Positions 29,443 through 44,170 of a stretch of DNA of 64,000 nucleotides are shown one piece after another. Made by a program: the position numbers and the translations under genes. Position 1 is the first letter of the stretch. Every line of letters starts with the position of its first letter. A model generated the notes under the pieces. The model searched no databases. It was not told the origin of the DNA and was given only the letters and a program-made list of their open reading frames with translations. The stretch is from contig NC_042998.1 in the NCBI RefSeq assembly GCF_006345805.1, forward strand, positions 118,172,001 through 118,236,000. Reading direction: 5' to 3'. The DNA comes from Octopus sinensis (lineage: Eukaryota).

Positions 29443-30849
29443 CAAATTAAGCAACAAGAATATCCAGAGTTAATAGAGTACGATCGTTTCAAGCAACTCC
29501 ATTTAATTGAACAATCATTACATCAATTTAAATGCAGAGCAATCCTCGGCTGCATAAAGACATGAAATTTAATTAAATTAAAACAAATGGACACATTAGT
29601 ATAATTTTTACCTAAACTCTTCAAGAGCGTATGGAGATAGACAGAGAGCATTCTGTCTTCACTTCAGCTTAGAATCTACTAAGGTACCAGGAAGAAAGTC
29701 TTGTTACAGATTTTCCTTGTCACTGTTTTATGGGGGTAGTTTTAAGTTATAGACTAGTTTATCAAATCTTTGTATATCTAAGGCCACAAGAGCAAGGAGC
29801 AATGCCTGTTAGGAAGCGGGCTGAGGGAGTCGAGATAAATCATAGCTGTATAGTCATAAAAATATCAAGATTTATTTGAATCAATGTCATGAGATTTGGT
29901 AAAGGAAATCTTAAATCAAGATGTTAGCTGGCAATTAAAGGGACAGGCCACTAGTAGACCATTGATAATGAAACAGGGAAAATATTATCATGTTCTACTA
30001 TAGTTAAATATTTTAAACAATATTGCCATATTGTATAAAGTTAAAATTTAGGGTTATTCAGAAGATTATTAAGATGAATATTATGACAAAAGGATAAAAC
30101 ATTCTTTGAATACTTTTGAGTACATACCAAACTTTTGTGGTAAAGTATATGTCAGTGGCAGACAAAGTCGTAAAGGAAAGTTCTAAATATGGATTTCTGT
30201 GTCGTGGGTTTCGTTAGCAGGAATAATACGCTACAAAAACCGTATAGGGCTTTTCCCATGTTTCGTAGCTCGTTTTTGTTAGAAACTTTATTGTGAACAT
30301 CCTTACTTGTATATATTTTCATAAATATAGCTTGATTAACTGATGTTGACCGTTTTGAAATATTATTTTGTAAACAATAACAGCTTGCTACATTGATATA
30401 TCTTCGATGGTATGTTATGATGGTTTCTTTTTTAAATCGTTTTGTACGAAGTGTGGATGCTATATCGTTATGTTATTGGTTAACTATCTCCTATTTTGGT
30501 AGAGTTATTGGGGATTTCTTCAGCTTACACTATTACAAGTGCAAAGCTAGCATACCCATAAATGAATTCAGTTGAAACTACTCTACCTGACTCAAGAAAA
30601 TAGTAAAGATAAAACTGTGCAAACATTTTCAACTATTTCCATTACTTACTATGGTTCCATGGGAATCTCTACACCCGAAAACAATATCCGGAAAGTCAAA
30701 GAAGTTCGGCATAACTAAAACACATATGATGACACTCTCACGATATGTGAACCTAAATCGAATATTACGTGTGTAATGACTGAAATTCGAATATATAACA
30801 TTCATAAAATAACTCAAGGACAAATGTGCATTTGTGTCAAGTTGGAACT

Positions 30850-32450
30850 AAAAATCACCCAGCGAAACTAATCTGAAAAAACTCGACCAAATGATATATG
30901 AAGAAACCAAAAGTAATAAATCTATGAAAATTATGAATTGCCATCCCACAACACACACTCATAAAAAGTTATAGTGCCTTAAAATTTTCAAATAAAAAAC
31001 AACCAGCTTCTATGGAATGCCTAAAATACATAAAATTAATCTAATCACTGAAAAATGTGGAGGAACAAAAACAATTTGTGTTAATATTCCATCAGCATGT
31101 ATTCTAAAACTGAGAACTATTGTAGATGGCTCATCGGGCGAAATATATCCTAGACATTCTGCAGAAACCTTTCCGCAATCATACAAAGCGCTTTATAAAG
31201 GGCCATATACCCAATACATGATAGACGAAAACACCTATATATGTTCACATTTGATATTCTGAACCTCTACTGCAACATTCCTCACAATTACAGAAACGAA
31301 GCAATAGAATATTAATTAGACTCATTTTAACATGGAATACCTGAATTCATAGATCTATAATTTATTGTCATGGTCTCCAATTTATCTTAGAGAATAACAA
31401 CTCCATATTTGATTAGAAAGTCTATCTACAAAAGTCAGAGACGTCCATGGTAACTAATGTTGCCCTCAAGTGCCAAATTGGTTATACGATATTATGAAAT
31501 AAAAAGCTATGAAAATCCTCTGAAAATTTTGAAGAAGCTTTCAGCTGTTATTTTGTAAGAGATAACTGGAAGAAGATTCTAGATGATTGATTCATTTTAT
31601 GGAGGGAAAATATTGACAGACAGAAACAACTCCAAAATCTTGTAAACAGCATAAATCCATGAATTTATTTCACCGCGGAATTCAGCAACGATAAGCCCCA
31701 CTTCTAGAAATTCTAATAACAAGGAGAAATTCACTGCTGGAAACCGATATTTACTTGAAATTCATAGACTCAAAAATAGCTAGAAGAATATACACAATTT
31801 TATCAAACCCTAAAACAAGAGATAAAAGATTAAATGAAAGAAATCATTATGATTGGAAAATAGCCAGGTAAAACTGAATTAACTTGTTTATTCAGAAAGC
31901 TTAACAAACTGGCTTCTAAACAATTCGAACAACTCAAGCATGAAAAAAAATATATTTCAATTTTTAACACAAGAAACCCCGAATTTTTCACCAGCATATG
32001 TGTAAATTTGCCAATATTAGTACAGGATCAAAAATTAAAAATCCTAGAAAACATCCATTTTTAAAAAGCAAGAGGCAAACAAAACCGCTAAAAAAGATAT
32101 CTAAAACATAAAAGCTGCATACTCAAACGGCTGACCCTAAAGTAATTAGATATAACCGGTTAAATTGTAAAGTATTTAGCTACTCATTAGAAAGTCCTGA
32201 ATTCCACTTCAAAAAGGCGGGGGGGGGGAGCATTAAAATCAAAAATAACTTCTGCATGTCGGACAGGCTAATCTACATATGGCTTGTAAAGGTTGCCCAG
32301 AATACTACATCAGACACAAACGGGCATGACAAAAAAAAAGAAAATGACAGTACACCGACAACGTATCACAAGAAAAATACACCTAGGTATAAATATAGAT
32401 AACTGAGGGATACCCAACCATTCTGTCTTGCCTTTCTAACAGTGCAACGA
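30850..32450 (+). mobile_element. Old, heavily decayed Penelope-like element (RT + GIY-YIG)
   Basis: MPKIHKINL...LKLRTIV; DENTYICS.FDILNLYCNIPHNYRNEAIEY; FVRDNWKKILDD*FILW; LLEILITRRNSLLETDIYLKFIDS; LIYI.ACKGCPEYYI near 32270-32320. Confidence 0.75.
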
Positions 32451-32739
32451 CTCAATCACAGAACTGCAACCCACACAAAAAAGAAATGTATTTTATCAAA
32501 AAATTTTTAGAAATAAAAACATAATCAATATTTTATGCTTTAATTAATTCACCATAATTACCATACTGGAAGAGTGTTCCTCCAGTCAGTTACAGTAATG
32601 CAAATACTCAGAAGGTGACACACAAGGTGCAAGGAATGCCAGAAACTATTCCAACTGGAAAGAAACAGTAATATATCTGCCAATGCGTTTATACTACTGT
32701 ATTTCTTGTATACGATTTTTTATGTATGTGTAACTCATC

Positions 32740-35700
32740 GTGGTAAGAGGGTTAAACGGGAGTGTCAGAGCTATCCCGTCAGAGACTTCGGTTTCTGCTA
32801 GGGCCACTCAAGGCGGATTGTTCTTACACCCAGCGGTATCAGGGCTGCTCCTGGCTAACGAGGCTCTGGTGAACAGAAGCGTCTGATCCAGCGGTCGGCT
32901 GCTTCAACCCGTCCTATCCCTTCTTCTGTGGAAAATTTACGACAAACTACACGGTTTCCCAACAGGGATATACTTGCGGCTGAGGACCGCTAGCGAACTT
33001 CCTATTTCCAAGATCCTTCAATTATTCTTCATGTACATCTCACCTTCTTCAACGATAAACCCTACTACGGCGTCCGCGGAAACCGACGCTCTCGCTACCC
33101 CAGTGAGGCGAGTGTTAAATCAGCAAACTGGGATGCTAATGTGACACGGAAGAACGCATTTCTTTGGCTTTTGGAATGGCAAATCCCTGATGCAAACTCT
33201 CTCCAAATATAACATCGATATTGCATGCCTCTCTGACGTTAGACTTCCTGATTCTGGTTATCGCAAAATCAGAGTACCCCAACACGACGCATCATACTAT
33301 CTCTACCACATTGGACCAACTGATAACACTGGCGTTCATGAAGTTGCCTCCACCCTCAACAATCGCGCCAATGCCTCACTCATTGCCTGGGAACCTATCT
33401 CCCGCCCGTCTAGCCCGTATCCGCCTCAAAGTTTCAGCTATCACTATCAGTGTCATTGTCGTCTATGCTCTCACTCTCAACGCTTTTGATGAAGATAAAG
33501 ACCCCTTCTACGATGAGATACTGGCAGTTATTGATCGCATACCTACAAGCGACATTCTAATCATCGCAGGTGATTGGAATGCCCGCACAAGACGGACCAA
33601 GTAACACCACTAACGATCACATACTGGGACGGTTTGCGATTGGCAACCAATGCGCCAATGGTGAAAGACCTGTCAATTTCGCTGCTGCAAATCATCTTAC
33701 TGTTTCCAGCACGCGCTTTCGACATTCACGGCGCCATCTTCGTACCTGGTACTCCAATGACGGTGTCACAGCTAGCCAGAATGAACATTTTCTCGTTAGA
33801 AGCCGCTGGAGCGACCTTGATAGCCGAATGTTCAGAGGCGCAGAAACCGGCAGCGAACATGGTCCCGTTCATATATTAGGACGGGCAAACCTACATCTTC
33901 ATCTCAAGGTCGTGAAGTGTCGCTCTAAGCCTCTAAGATATGATATCTCGAAGCTAAAAAGTAACCAGATCGAACATTTATTCCATATCGAATTAAAAAA
34001 TCGGTTTAACGGGCTCCAGATACTTCAATCTGCTTCGTCAGATGAAGTCTGGCAAGCGGTCAAACACAATCTTCAATCCGTGATGTCCAAAACACACGGC
34101 ACTACTAAGCGAAAAGACAGAGACTGGATCTCGGGCTGAACAATCGAAATTGCTGAAAAAGCGAAACAAGCTCGAGGCAACCAATCCGATACCTTCAGAC
34201 AACTGCGCCGTGAAGCTACATGTTCTGCCCGCGCTGATCGAAATAGGACGGTGGCTGAAGACATGGAACGCGCCGCATCTGCTGGAGACTCCCGTAAGCT
34301 CTGCAGCCTCCTTCGATCGAGCACGAAGACAGGCTGAAGTGGTAACGAAACCATTTTGGACTAGAATGGCGATCCCATCACCAATCTCACAGAGAGCATC
34401 ATCACCGGGAGAGACCATTTCACCAATCTGCTGAACCACGACCATCAGCCCCCCTTGTCCGCTCCTACGATCGACGCGATCCAAACTTTGTATAACTGCC
34501 AAACAGCCCCACCCCACGCTTGAAGAGATCCTTCCTGTTATCAGAAAGCTAAAAAATAACTAAGCTGCCGGCAAGGATAACATTCCTGCTGAGATCCTCA
34601 AGCATAGTGCAAATATACTGGGGCCCGCGCTTCATCAAGTTATCACCCGGGTTTGGATACAGAAACCCTCCCCCACGACTGGAGCGACGCAACACTGGTA
34701 CCTTTCTTTAAGAAAGGGGATAAACGTTGCTGCAGCAACTACTGTGGCATCTGTCTGATTGATGTTTCTACCAAAATATTAGCATCTATTCTTCTGAGAC
34801 GATTCCAGTCAGAACGTGACTCTAGAACAAGACCAAACCAGTGCGGTTTCCGTCCAAGTCGAGGCTGCACCGATCAAATCTTCACCCTAAGATGAATCCT
34901 CGAACAGCGTTGGTGCTTTCAGCAAAAATCAGTGATCTGCTTTGTTGATTTTGCTGCTGCATTCGACTCGGTCGATCGTGACACCTTCTGCAAGGTCATG
35001 CAAGCAGATGGTATCCCACCTAAACTTCTCAATCTTATCAAAGCTTATTACTGCTCAACAAGATCCCGCGTACGCGTGTACGTTGAAGTGTCGGAACCTT
35101 TCGAAATACGGTCTGGCGTTCGGCAGGGATGTGTTCTTTTGCCGACTCTTTTCAATTACGCCATCGACTGGATCGCCACAAATGCATTAAGGGAGTTCCC
35201 CGGTGTCACTCTTGGTCACTACTTTTCCGTCAAGGATCTAGACTACGCAGATGACATAGCGATACTTGGCGAAACATTTGCTGACATCCAGTTTGCTATC
35301 AATGAGCTGCAGCGTGTTGCATCGCAGATTGGTATAAAATCCAATGCTTCACAGCCGGCTTCGCCCCACCAGACAAAACACCTACTGTCCTCAATGGTGA
35401 TATTCATGAACAGGTTGAGAGTTTCAAATACTTTGGCGCCATCATTACAGCCACAGGTCAAGGTGAGGCTGACATTAAAACAGGATTCGACCTCGCTCGC
35501 CAAGCCTACACCCGACTCAATGCATGACTCTGGTCAAGTTCTGAGATCCGACGCACCACCAAATTACGGATCTACCAAGCACTAGTGCGAACGATTCTCC
35601 TTTTCGGCAGTGAGTCATGGCCGATGAGGGTGGAAGATATCAAGCGACTAGAATCTCTCGATTACCTCTGTCTGCGCCGCATCCTTCGTGTCCGATGGCA

Positions 35701-36101
35701 TCACTTTGTCTCCAACAATTCGGTGCGACACCAGTGCAGAATCACCTCCCTCCGACAAGTCATCCTAACGAGACGTCTGCGTTGGCTGGGCTATGCCCTC
35801 CGTCGTCAACCAGGAGAATTCATCTACGAAGCAATTGCCCCAGCTCCACTTCAGGGTTGGCGAAAACGATGTGGTGGACAAAGAAAAAAACCTGGCTGAT
35901 GACAGTCAAGGCTGATCTGGAACCCAACCTAGGCCCCCATATCTACGGCGTTCGCCGCTGGAATAAGGAGTGGTTGGAGATCACGCGGTCGTTAGCCTCA
36001 AATCGCCAGGCCTGGTCGGCGTTTGTAGAGATGTAGCATTGAGGATGAATGAAGCCAGCTCAACCCACACCGGGTGAATGCTGTCTCAAGACAAGAAGAA
36101 G
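32740..36101 (+). mobile_element. Full-length RTE-clade LINE, frameshifted/pseudogenised
   Basis: APE: LSKYNIDIACLSDVR, ILIIAGDWNAR, LGRFAIGNQCANGERPVNFA, TWYSNDG; RT: LVPFFKKGDK..CSNYCGICL, QCGFRPSRGCTDQIFTLR, FVDFAAAFDSVDR, GVRQGCVLLPTLFN, LDYADDIAIL; C-terminal LLFGSESW, RRLRWLGYALRR; short AAG-repeat tail CAAGACAAGAAGAAGA. Confidence 0.93.
33040..36036 (+). pseudogene. RTE ORF (AP endonuclease + reverse transcriptase), interrupted
   Basis: Pieces in ORF track 33190-33489, 33221-33604, 33570-34139, 34653-34895, 34932-35585, 35585-35899, 35617-36036, joined by frameshifts and stops. Confidence 0.88.
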
Positions 36102-36479
36102 ATATATATACACATATATGTTTGTGTGTGTATACGAGACAGGAGAAGCAGAAAGACAGAAACAGAAGCAAAAGAAAAAAAAACAAGGACACAGAATGAT
36201 AGGCAGTCAGACCAACAGAAAGAAAGCCAGACAGACAAATGAAAAAGGAAAATATTAGTGTGTGTCTAAATGGTTTTCCTTGTGTTTCACATTTTGACAA
36301 CTGGATTTGGTTTATTTATGTCTCAGTATTGTATGCATATGCAAATATCCATAACATAAATAACATATAAAATAAGTAAATGTAACGCTTTCAGTGTGTT
36401 AACCCTGTTTTGCTGAGTTGCAGGGATAGAAAAGCGTAAACAAGCGCAAATAAGCGCAAATAAAAAACTAAAATAATAC

Positions 36480-36667
<188 letters not shown>

Positions 36668-37830
36668 GGGTGTGCGTGACTATGTAAGCGTTGTCTAGTA
36701 TATCAAAAATACAAGTATTTCCTGAGATACTGCTCAATATGGAAATACATGTTTATTATAACAAAAGTTGAGTTACTACTCGGAAATTCCCTCTGGGCTG
36801 TGTTGCTCACGAAAGTTAAATTTATCTTGTGTCTAACAATATCATTTAAGTCGAATTGTTCGAACCACTAAAAAATCGACCTCAATAACTGAATATACCG
36901 TAATTTCAGTAAATGCAGGCATAACCCAATCATAAATATATTTAAGCCTTATTTCAACCCATTAGTACATATACACATCTCCTCTAAACTTTATATTATG
37001 ATCGCTAGAATTTTAAATTAGGTGTTACAGATAGTTATCGGCCCACACAGCCTATCAAGTTGAGCACAATATTATGGAAACTATAACCACTTTATTCTAA
37101 CAAAGCAATTCTTCCTGAGGAGAAACTGTATGTAGGCTGTTGACTTTTGCGTGTATCTGTATTCACATATATATGCTTGAGTATAAATGCACATTTTTTG
37201 CATATATACACATTTACAGAGAGAGACACTGACATACTCACAAACATACTCACGTGTAATATATATGTATATGTAAGTGGGGGGCGTGCGTGTGTGCGAG
37301 CATGTTGGCGTGTGAGGGTAGGGGGGTTTCAAGCATATGATGTAGGAAAGCATTGTATATAATTTAATGAATTTTATTTTGATCCATAAAATGCCCTGTG
37401 GGAATATACATGCAGAAGCCCGATGGCGGGCACAAAACTCCATGGAAAATTCGATTTTATTTCCAGCAGCTTGCCAAACTTTTACGCCAACGGACGACTA
37501 AGCATTCTACAGATTTCTCGTCAAACAACTCATAGCCTTATAATTTTATTTTTTAGTCAATTTATTTATACATTTATTAAATATCATGTGAAGTCTCACA
37601 ACACACATTTGGAAATAATCAGTTTCTGTTTAGAGGCGCTTGACAAGAGAACTGTAGAATGACAACTAATTTAAATGATTGAAATTTGACAATGAGCAGT
37701 TTCTATGTTTGAGTTATAAGTTTTTGTTTTTGAATTCGGGACTTGAAAAAAGCAGTTTACTGAACATCATTCAACTTTTCAAAAATAATGTTACTGATAC
37801 CAATTTTAAGTAGGGATGGGAAAATTAATC

Positions 37831-37863
<33 letters not shown>

Positions 37864-38362
37864 ATATAGGTGAGTTCCAATAAATAATTTCAGATTGGTC
37901 ATCCAGAATAATTTCTTTCAAAGTTGTATCATCTCTATAAACAACATAATTCAGTGAACTATAGTGTTAAATGCGTATTATTACTTTGAAAACTTTAAAA
38001 CCTCCTCCTTATTCCCGTATGTGTCACACATCTATTTACCTACACAGTAATCGTACATACTATGAGTTCTGCCGACAAACATTCTATAAATGCAGTCATA
38101 GACACTAAGATACTTTCGCAGATACACACATTGGCATTCACGCAGGCACCCCCCGCCTCCACTCAAAGCTCTCAACCCTTGATGATTAAACATGCATTAT
38201 TAGTATAGATAATAAGTTATCGTATTTATTCATAATGAGTTTTAGCAGATTTACGCATGAATTTGCTAATCGGTATTGCATTTGGCCATTGGAGAACATT
38301 TCCTTCTTTTAGACAATGTTTGTTCAGAACACATGCGATATATTTTAAGAAAATGGGTTTTG

Positions 38363-38410
38363 AGAAACCGCAACGTTTCGAACACATTTTGTGTCTCTTC
38401 AGTTAAAGCT
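38363..38410 (-). ncRNA. Hammerhead core remnant (probable PLE terminus)
   Basis: Reverse complement CUGAAGA-GACACAAAAUGUGUUC-GAAA-CGUU; helix II and palindromic helix III present, helix I arms not complementary. Confidence 0.45.
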
Positions 38411-40300
38411 ACTCCAGGCCAGTGGTCTATCAAGAATAGTAACCCTTGCTCCCACAAATCAGTAATTCACAATGTTTTCTGAACCGTACTGATACCTTCC
38501 GAACTGATAGTTATCTATAAAGTGCACAAAGAGCGAGAATCCAACAATAATATAATTGTTCATTCTGAATACGTTCTGCATATTTAAAAGTGAATATGGT
38601 GGCTGCCGTTATATTTTATCGAGGACCATCTTAAAGTAGACGACGAATATTCATAACAAACCGCTCCTCTGCAAGTTTAATTGCATTAATGAAGCGCGTA
38701 TGTTACGAACACATATGGCCTAACGCATTGAGAATGAATATATATGTTTTTGTTTTGATTCTAGCGGCACTGTGAATAATTAATTACGTGAATAATTAAT
38801 TAAATGCTTATAAAAAAGATCTATGCTTAGTGAACAGAGCTGACAACACATTAAATAATATTGGTTCCAACTAAACGCTATTTTGTTATTAGATTTGTGT
38901 AATTCATATTCGAATGTACACAACCAAGTGGTTGAAATAATGGTCTCATAATTGTTAGACTATGTATTTCACTCTAAGACCGCGTAGCAAATTTTGTCAC
39001 TGATGGAGTCACTTCTGCTGAGAATAAGCGAGATAATCATATTGTAGAGAAATTGAAATAAATTTTAAATTATTTTTCCAGCATATAAGTTGTAAACACC
39101 AACTGAATTTAGATAACCACAGGCCACAACAAAGGTTATTTCAGTAAAAGTAGTCCATAGGAATTGCAATATCACATGCTTATGTGTTCAAGATGAGAAG
39201 AAACTACAACTTTTTCGCTTAGTTTATTATAGAAGGAACCGAAATTTTCTATCTCGTTTCTATATGTCTCTGTGTGTATGGGATTATAAATCTGTAAGCT
39301 ATTTATCTGACATTCGCGCTAATTATGGACTAAATTTATTAGGGAATAATCAACTTTCTCCAGAAAAGATTTCCAATAACGAACTGCAAGTATATATGCT
39401 AAACATCTTTCAAGAGTTGTTGCTTCCATATTGAATTCTGTTCTCCAAATTTATTAATCGCCTTCTTGGGGCTTCATTTGGTAATTAAACTATCGTGTTT
39501 TCTTTGAACCTGAACTCATCAATTTTGTTACACTAGGATTTTTATCATGTTTAGTAATTTACTGCTTCCGCCTCATTAATAGTGATTTCAGCGTTCTGTC
39601 ATCATATAACAATCTATTTAAACCTTGTCGTATTGCTCTTTTAGATAAACTATAATACTGCACTTGTGTGATAATAATTGTGGATATTAGAGATAAGATT
39701 TTTAGAACGAATTACTAAATTGAGCTAAGTCAATTCTCTTAGATATATAATACAGAACACGATGTTTTAATTGATGATGTAATTAGCAGCTTATGAAACA
39801 GATTGACGCCACTATTATAAGCGGTCGTCAGTTCAAATGTCTTTAAAATTATATTCTTTCCTGTTACTTCGAAAAACTACGTTTCGTGGTTTAATTAATA
39901 AGTAATTTTTACTAAAATAGGTAACTGTGAAAACCAAAGCAGTTATTTTTAAAGTAATATTATTATTCAAAGTTATTTAAATTCTAAACTGCGAACAATG
40001 TTCTTTATTTTGCTTTATGGCTAAAGACCTACCACATTTAAGATCGTGCATAAATATGTTGCCATTAATACCCGTGAAAAAGTTATGATACCAAACGCGT
40101 ACTTTACCATCTTTTGAAAACAATAGATATGTGAGCAAATAAATAATAAAGAATTAAATTTAGTTATATTTCTATATAGGATTCTCCCACAGAAACACTT
40201 GTTTTCGTTTGGCGTCAGACTAATGTTCCTACAACAAAAGCAGCAGTAATTAAAACCTTAGCTTCAAGCAATTGCCTTTTCATAAAATATTATATTCCGT

Positions 40301-40632
40301 ACACAACCTCCAATGCCACACTTAGAAATATCTAATACAAACACACGCGCCCACTCACAAGCACACAGACACACACACACAGGCACACACACAAACATAC
40401 AAACACACAAACAGATACACACAACCTTCAATGCCATACTTAGAAATATCTAATATGAACACACGGGCCCACTCACAAGCACACAGACACACACACATGC
40501 ACACACACAAACACACAAACAGATACACACAACCTTCAATGCCACACTTAGAAATATCTAATACAAACACACGCGCCCACTCACAAGCACACAGACACAC
40601 ACACAGGCACACACACAAACACAGATACACAC
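40301..40632. repeat. Minisatellite, three ~105-118 bp units
   Basis: ACACAACCT(C/T)CAATGCCA(C/T)ACTTAGAAATATCTAATA...CCCACTCACAAGCACACAGAC at 40301, 40419 and 40527. Confidence 0.9.
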
Positions 40633-40731
40633 ACGTAAGTATACGTATATATTGGATATAGACAGACAAACCCTGGGATACGCGCATACAAGCGCACACA
40701 TAAACACAAATATGAGTACATTCATACTCAT

Positions 40732-40783
<52 letters not shown>

Positions 40784-41175
40784 TTGTGTGTGTGTGTGTA
40801 TATTTATGTATGTATGCATGTATATATGAATATATATATATACATACAAATAGATGAAAGAAATACACATTAAGAATAGGATATCACCAGCGAATTATAA
40901 ATGCGTAAAACACATTAGGAAATAAGTACGGGTCAAAATACCAAATGAAGACCCCTCAGTTGTCGACTCTGATGTTACTCCGTTTCGTGCTTGTAATGAC
41001 AAGACAGACCCATCCAGAATATTTTTTTTATTTAAAATTTGTGGAGTGTTAGGGCTTCGAACGAACAAAAGACACTAGAGTGGGCATACAGAAACAAACA
41101 ATCGACGAGGAGGAATCGACGTTGGGATGAATTTTTCAAAACGGTATAGAATAAATTGTAGAAGACAAAAAAGAA

Positions 41176-41301
41176 ATCGAGAGGCGAGAGAAATGAGGTC
41201 TGCCTGTTGCTCCCACTTGAGTACAGGCCATTTTCTTGTCTCCTTGTCTTTTGTATAACGGACGGCCATACAGCCGGACGTCATTTCTCTCGCCTCTCGA
41301 T
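41176..41301. repeat. Perfect 21-bp inverted repeat with 84-nt spacer
   Basis: ATCGAGAGGCGAGAGAAATGA (41176-41196) / TCATTTCTCTCGCCTCTCGAT (41281-41301). Confidence 0.9.
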
Positions 41302-41495
41302 ATTTCCCCCCACCTTGGTGATGTGCTGTTCATAATATGTATTTTTTCATTTATTTAATAACTGGACGCCACGCAGCCTTTCTTAACAGTAAGTTTCTTT
41401 ATTATTATTATTATTATCATTATTATTATTATTATCATTATTATTATTACATATAAATATATATATATTTATAAATATATATATATATATATATA

Positions 41496-41564
<69 letters not shown>

Positions 41565-41575
41565 TATATAGAAGG

Positions 41576-41626
41576 AGCTTCTACAGGACTAGAACTGTTT
41601 CATTCAAGAGAAATCTTCAGGAAGCT
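41576..41626 (-). ncRNA. Type I hammerhead ribozyme in 3' pLTR (sense to the PLE ORF)
   Basis: Reverse complement AGCUUC-CUGAAGA-UUUC(UCUU)GAAU-GAAA-CAG(UUCUAGUC)CUG-UA-GAAGCU: perfect 6-bp helix I, intact core, helix III ACAG/CUGU, GUA cleavage triplet; first helix II pair is U.U. Confidence 0.8.
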
Positions 41627-41956
41627 AGTTAACAAGAATTGTATTGGCATTTATACATTTAGGCAGGTTTAAAGGGGTGTTGGTGGGGGACTTTTTGGGG
41701 GTAGGCATAGCGCAAAATATCATACTTGGGGGAGTGGTCAAGGAGTCAGTGTTAAGTTAGATCGAAGAATAAGTAAAAAAATAAAAAATATAAAAAAATA
41801 TTAAAATATATATAAAAAAAAGGGGAATAGAGTTTTAGGTAAATAAGGAGATTCTCACTTATACCTATGCACATATGTATACATATATACACACACATAC
41901 AAACATATATACATATACATACACACATACATACACACACACATATATATGTACAT

Positions 41957-41980
41957 ACACATATATATACACACACATAC

Positions 41981-42022
<42 letters not shown>

Positions 42023-42644
42023 GTGTACCTATGCATACCTACACATACACACATATATATACACATACAAATACAGACCCATTCCCTAATTTTAATTTTA
42101 TTATCTTCATTTATTACTTTTGTTATCTTTGACCGCTGGTCACAAATATCTTGGCTATGACAGCCAGTCCATTTATCTGTCTACTGGAAAACAAGCACTC
42201 ATTCACTCACGCACACTCTTTAGCACGTACACTCACTCATTCGTACACTCATACACATACACGCTCCCACGCGTTATATTCATACATACATACATCTACA
42301 TACATTCACGTATATACACATACGTACGCGTACCTACAGATTCATGTCTACACTCTTAGAAGGCTAGTCTATACATATACACCAATAAATATAAATACAC
42401 ACACATACATATACACCTACATACAAATACATACATGTATATATATATATATACATATTCACATATATATATATATATATATATACATACACACATATAT
42501 ACACATACATATATATACATATATACACACATACACATACATACATATACACACATACACATATATACGTATACATACATACATACATCCATACATCCAT
42601 ACATACATACATTTATACACATACACACACCCACACGTATACAT

Positions 42645-42688
<44 letters not shown>

Positions 42689-42782
42689 GCGCATGCATAC
42701 ACATACAGATACATACACATACGCATATACACATACATACATACATATACACAAATATATATATACATACACATATATATAC

Positions 42783-42819
<37 letters not shown>

Positions 42820-44120
42820 TTACTACATATATATACATACACACACATACATATACATACATACATATACAAATATACACACACACTACATACATACTCA
42901 TACACATACACGCCATACACATGTACATGCGTACCCATACACACACACACACACGCGCATCCATATATACACATAATTACACACATGCGTAAAAGTATAC
43001 ATATATCTATGCTTACACATACACACACACACACGCGCCTCCTTATATTCATACTTACATGCATACTCAAAAAATAGGTAAATAGTAAAATATATATACG
43101 CGCAGTTATTCATACATGCATACTCAAAAAATAAATAATAAATATTAAGTATATGTACGTGCAGTTACCTATTATATAGACGGATACATACATATAAATA
43201 AACTTACACACATGTATATATACATATATATATACATATACATATATACACATATATATACATATACATATACATATATATATATATACACACACACATA
43301 CACATATATATATATACATACTTACACACATGTACAAATACATACACACATAGATAACTCTACGTACCTACATATACATAAACACACGAGCGTACACGTA
43401 TATGTACATATACACATACACACGCATATATATACATACATACACATACACACATATATACACACACACATACATATATTATATAATATATATATATATA
43501 TATATATTACACATACACACACATATAAATGTGTGCAGACATACATACATACTCATACACGCACACACACCACTACATATACACACATACACACACTTAC
43601 ACACATATATAATACACATATACATACATACATACATACATATATGCATACATACACACACCCATATATATATACATACATACACATACACATACCTATA
43701 CATATATGTACACACATATATACACATGCACATACTTATATCTCTACATACTCGCATATACATATATATATATATATATATACACACACATACATATACC
43801 TATATACATGTATATATACACACACATATATATACACATCTACAATTTGTATCTACACTCACATACATGCACATACACATAACTCTACATACCTACATAT
43901 ACATCGACATACTCGCGTACACTCATATATATACACATATATACATATACACACACACATACATATACATATACATATATATATATATAAACATAATACA
44001 CATATACACACACATACATATACATATATATATACACCCACACACACCCACACATACATATATACATATATATATACATACATACATATACATACATACA
44101 CATATACATACATGTACATA

Positions 44121-44170
<50 letters not shown>

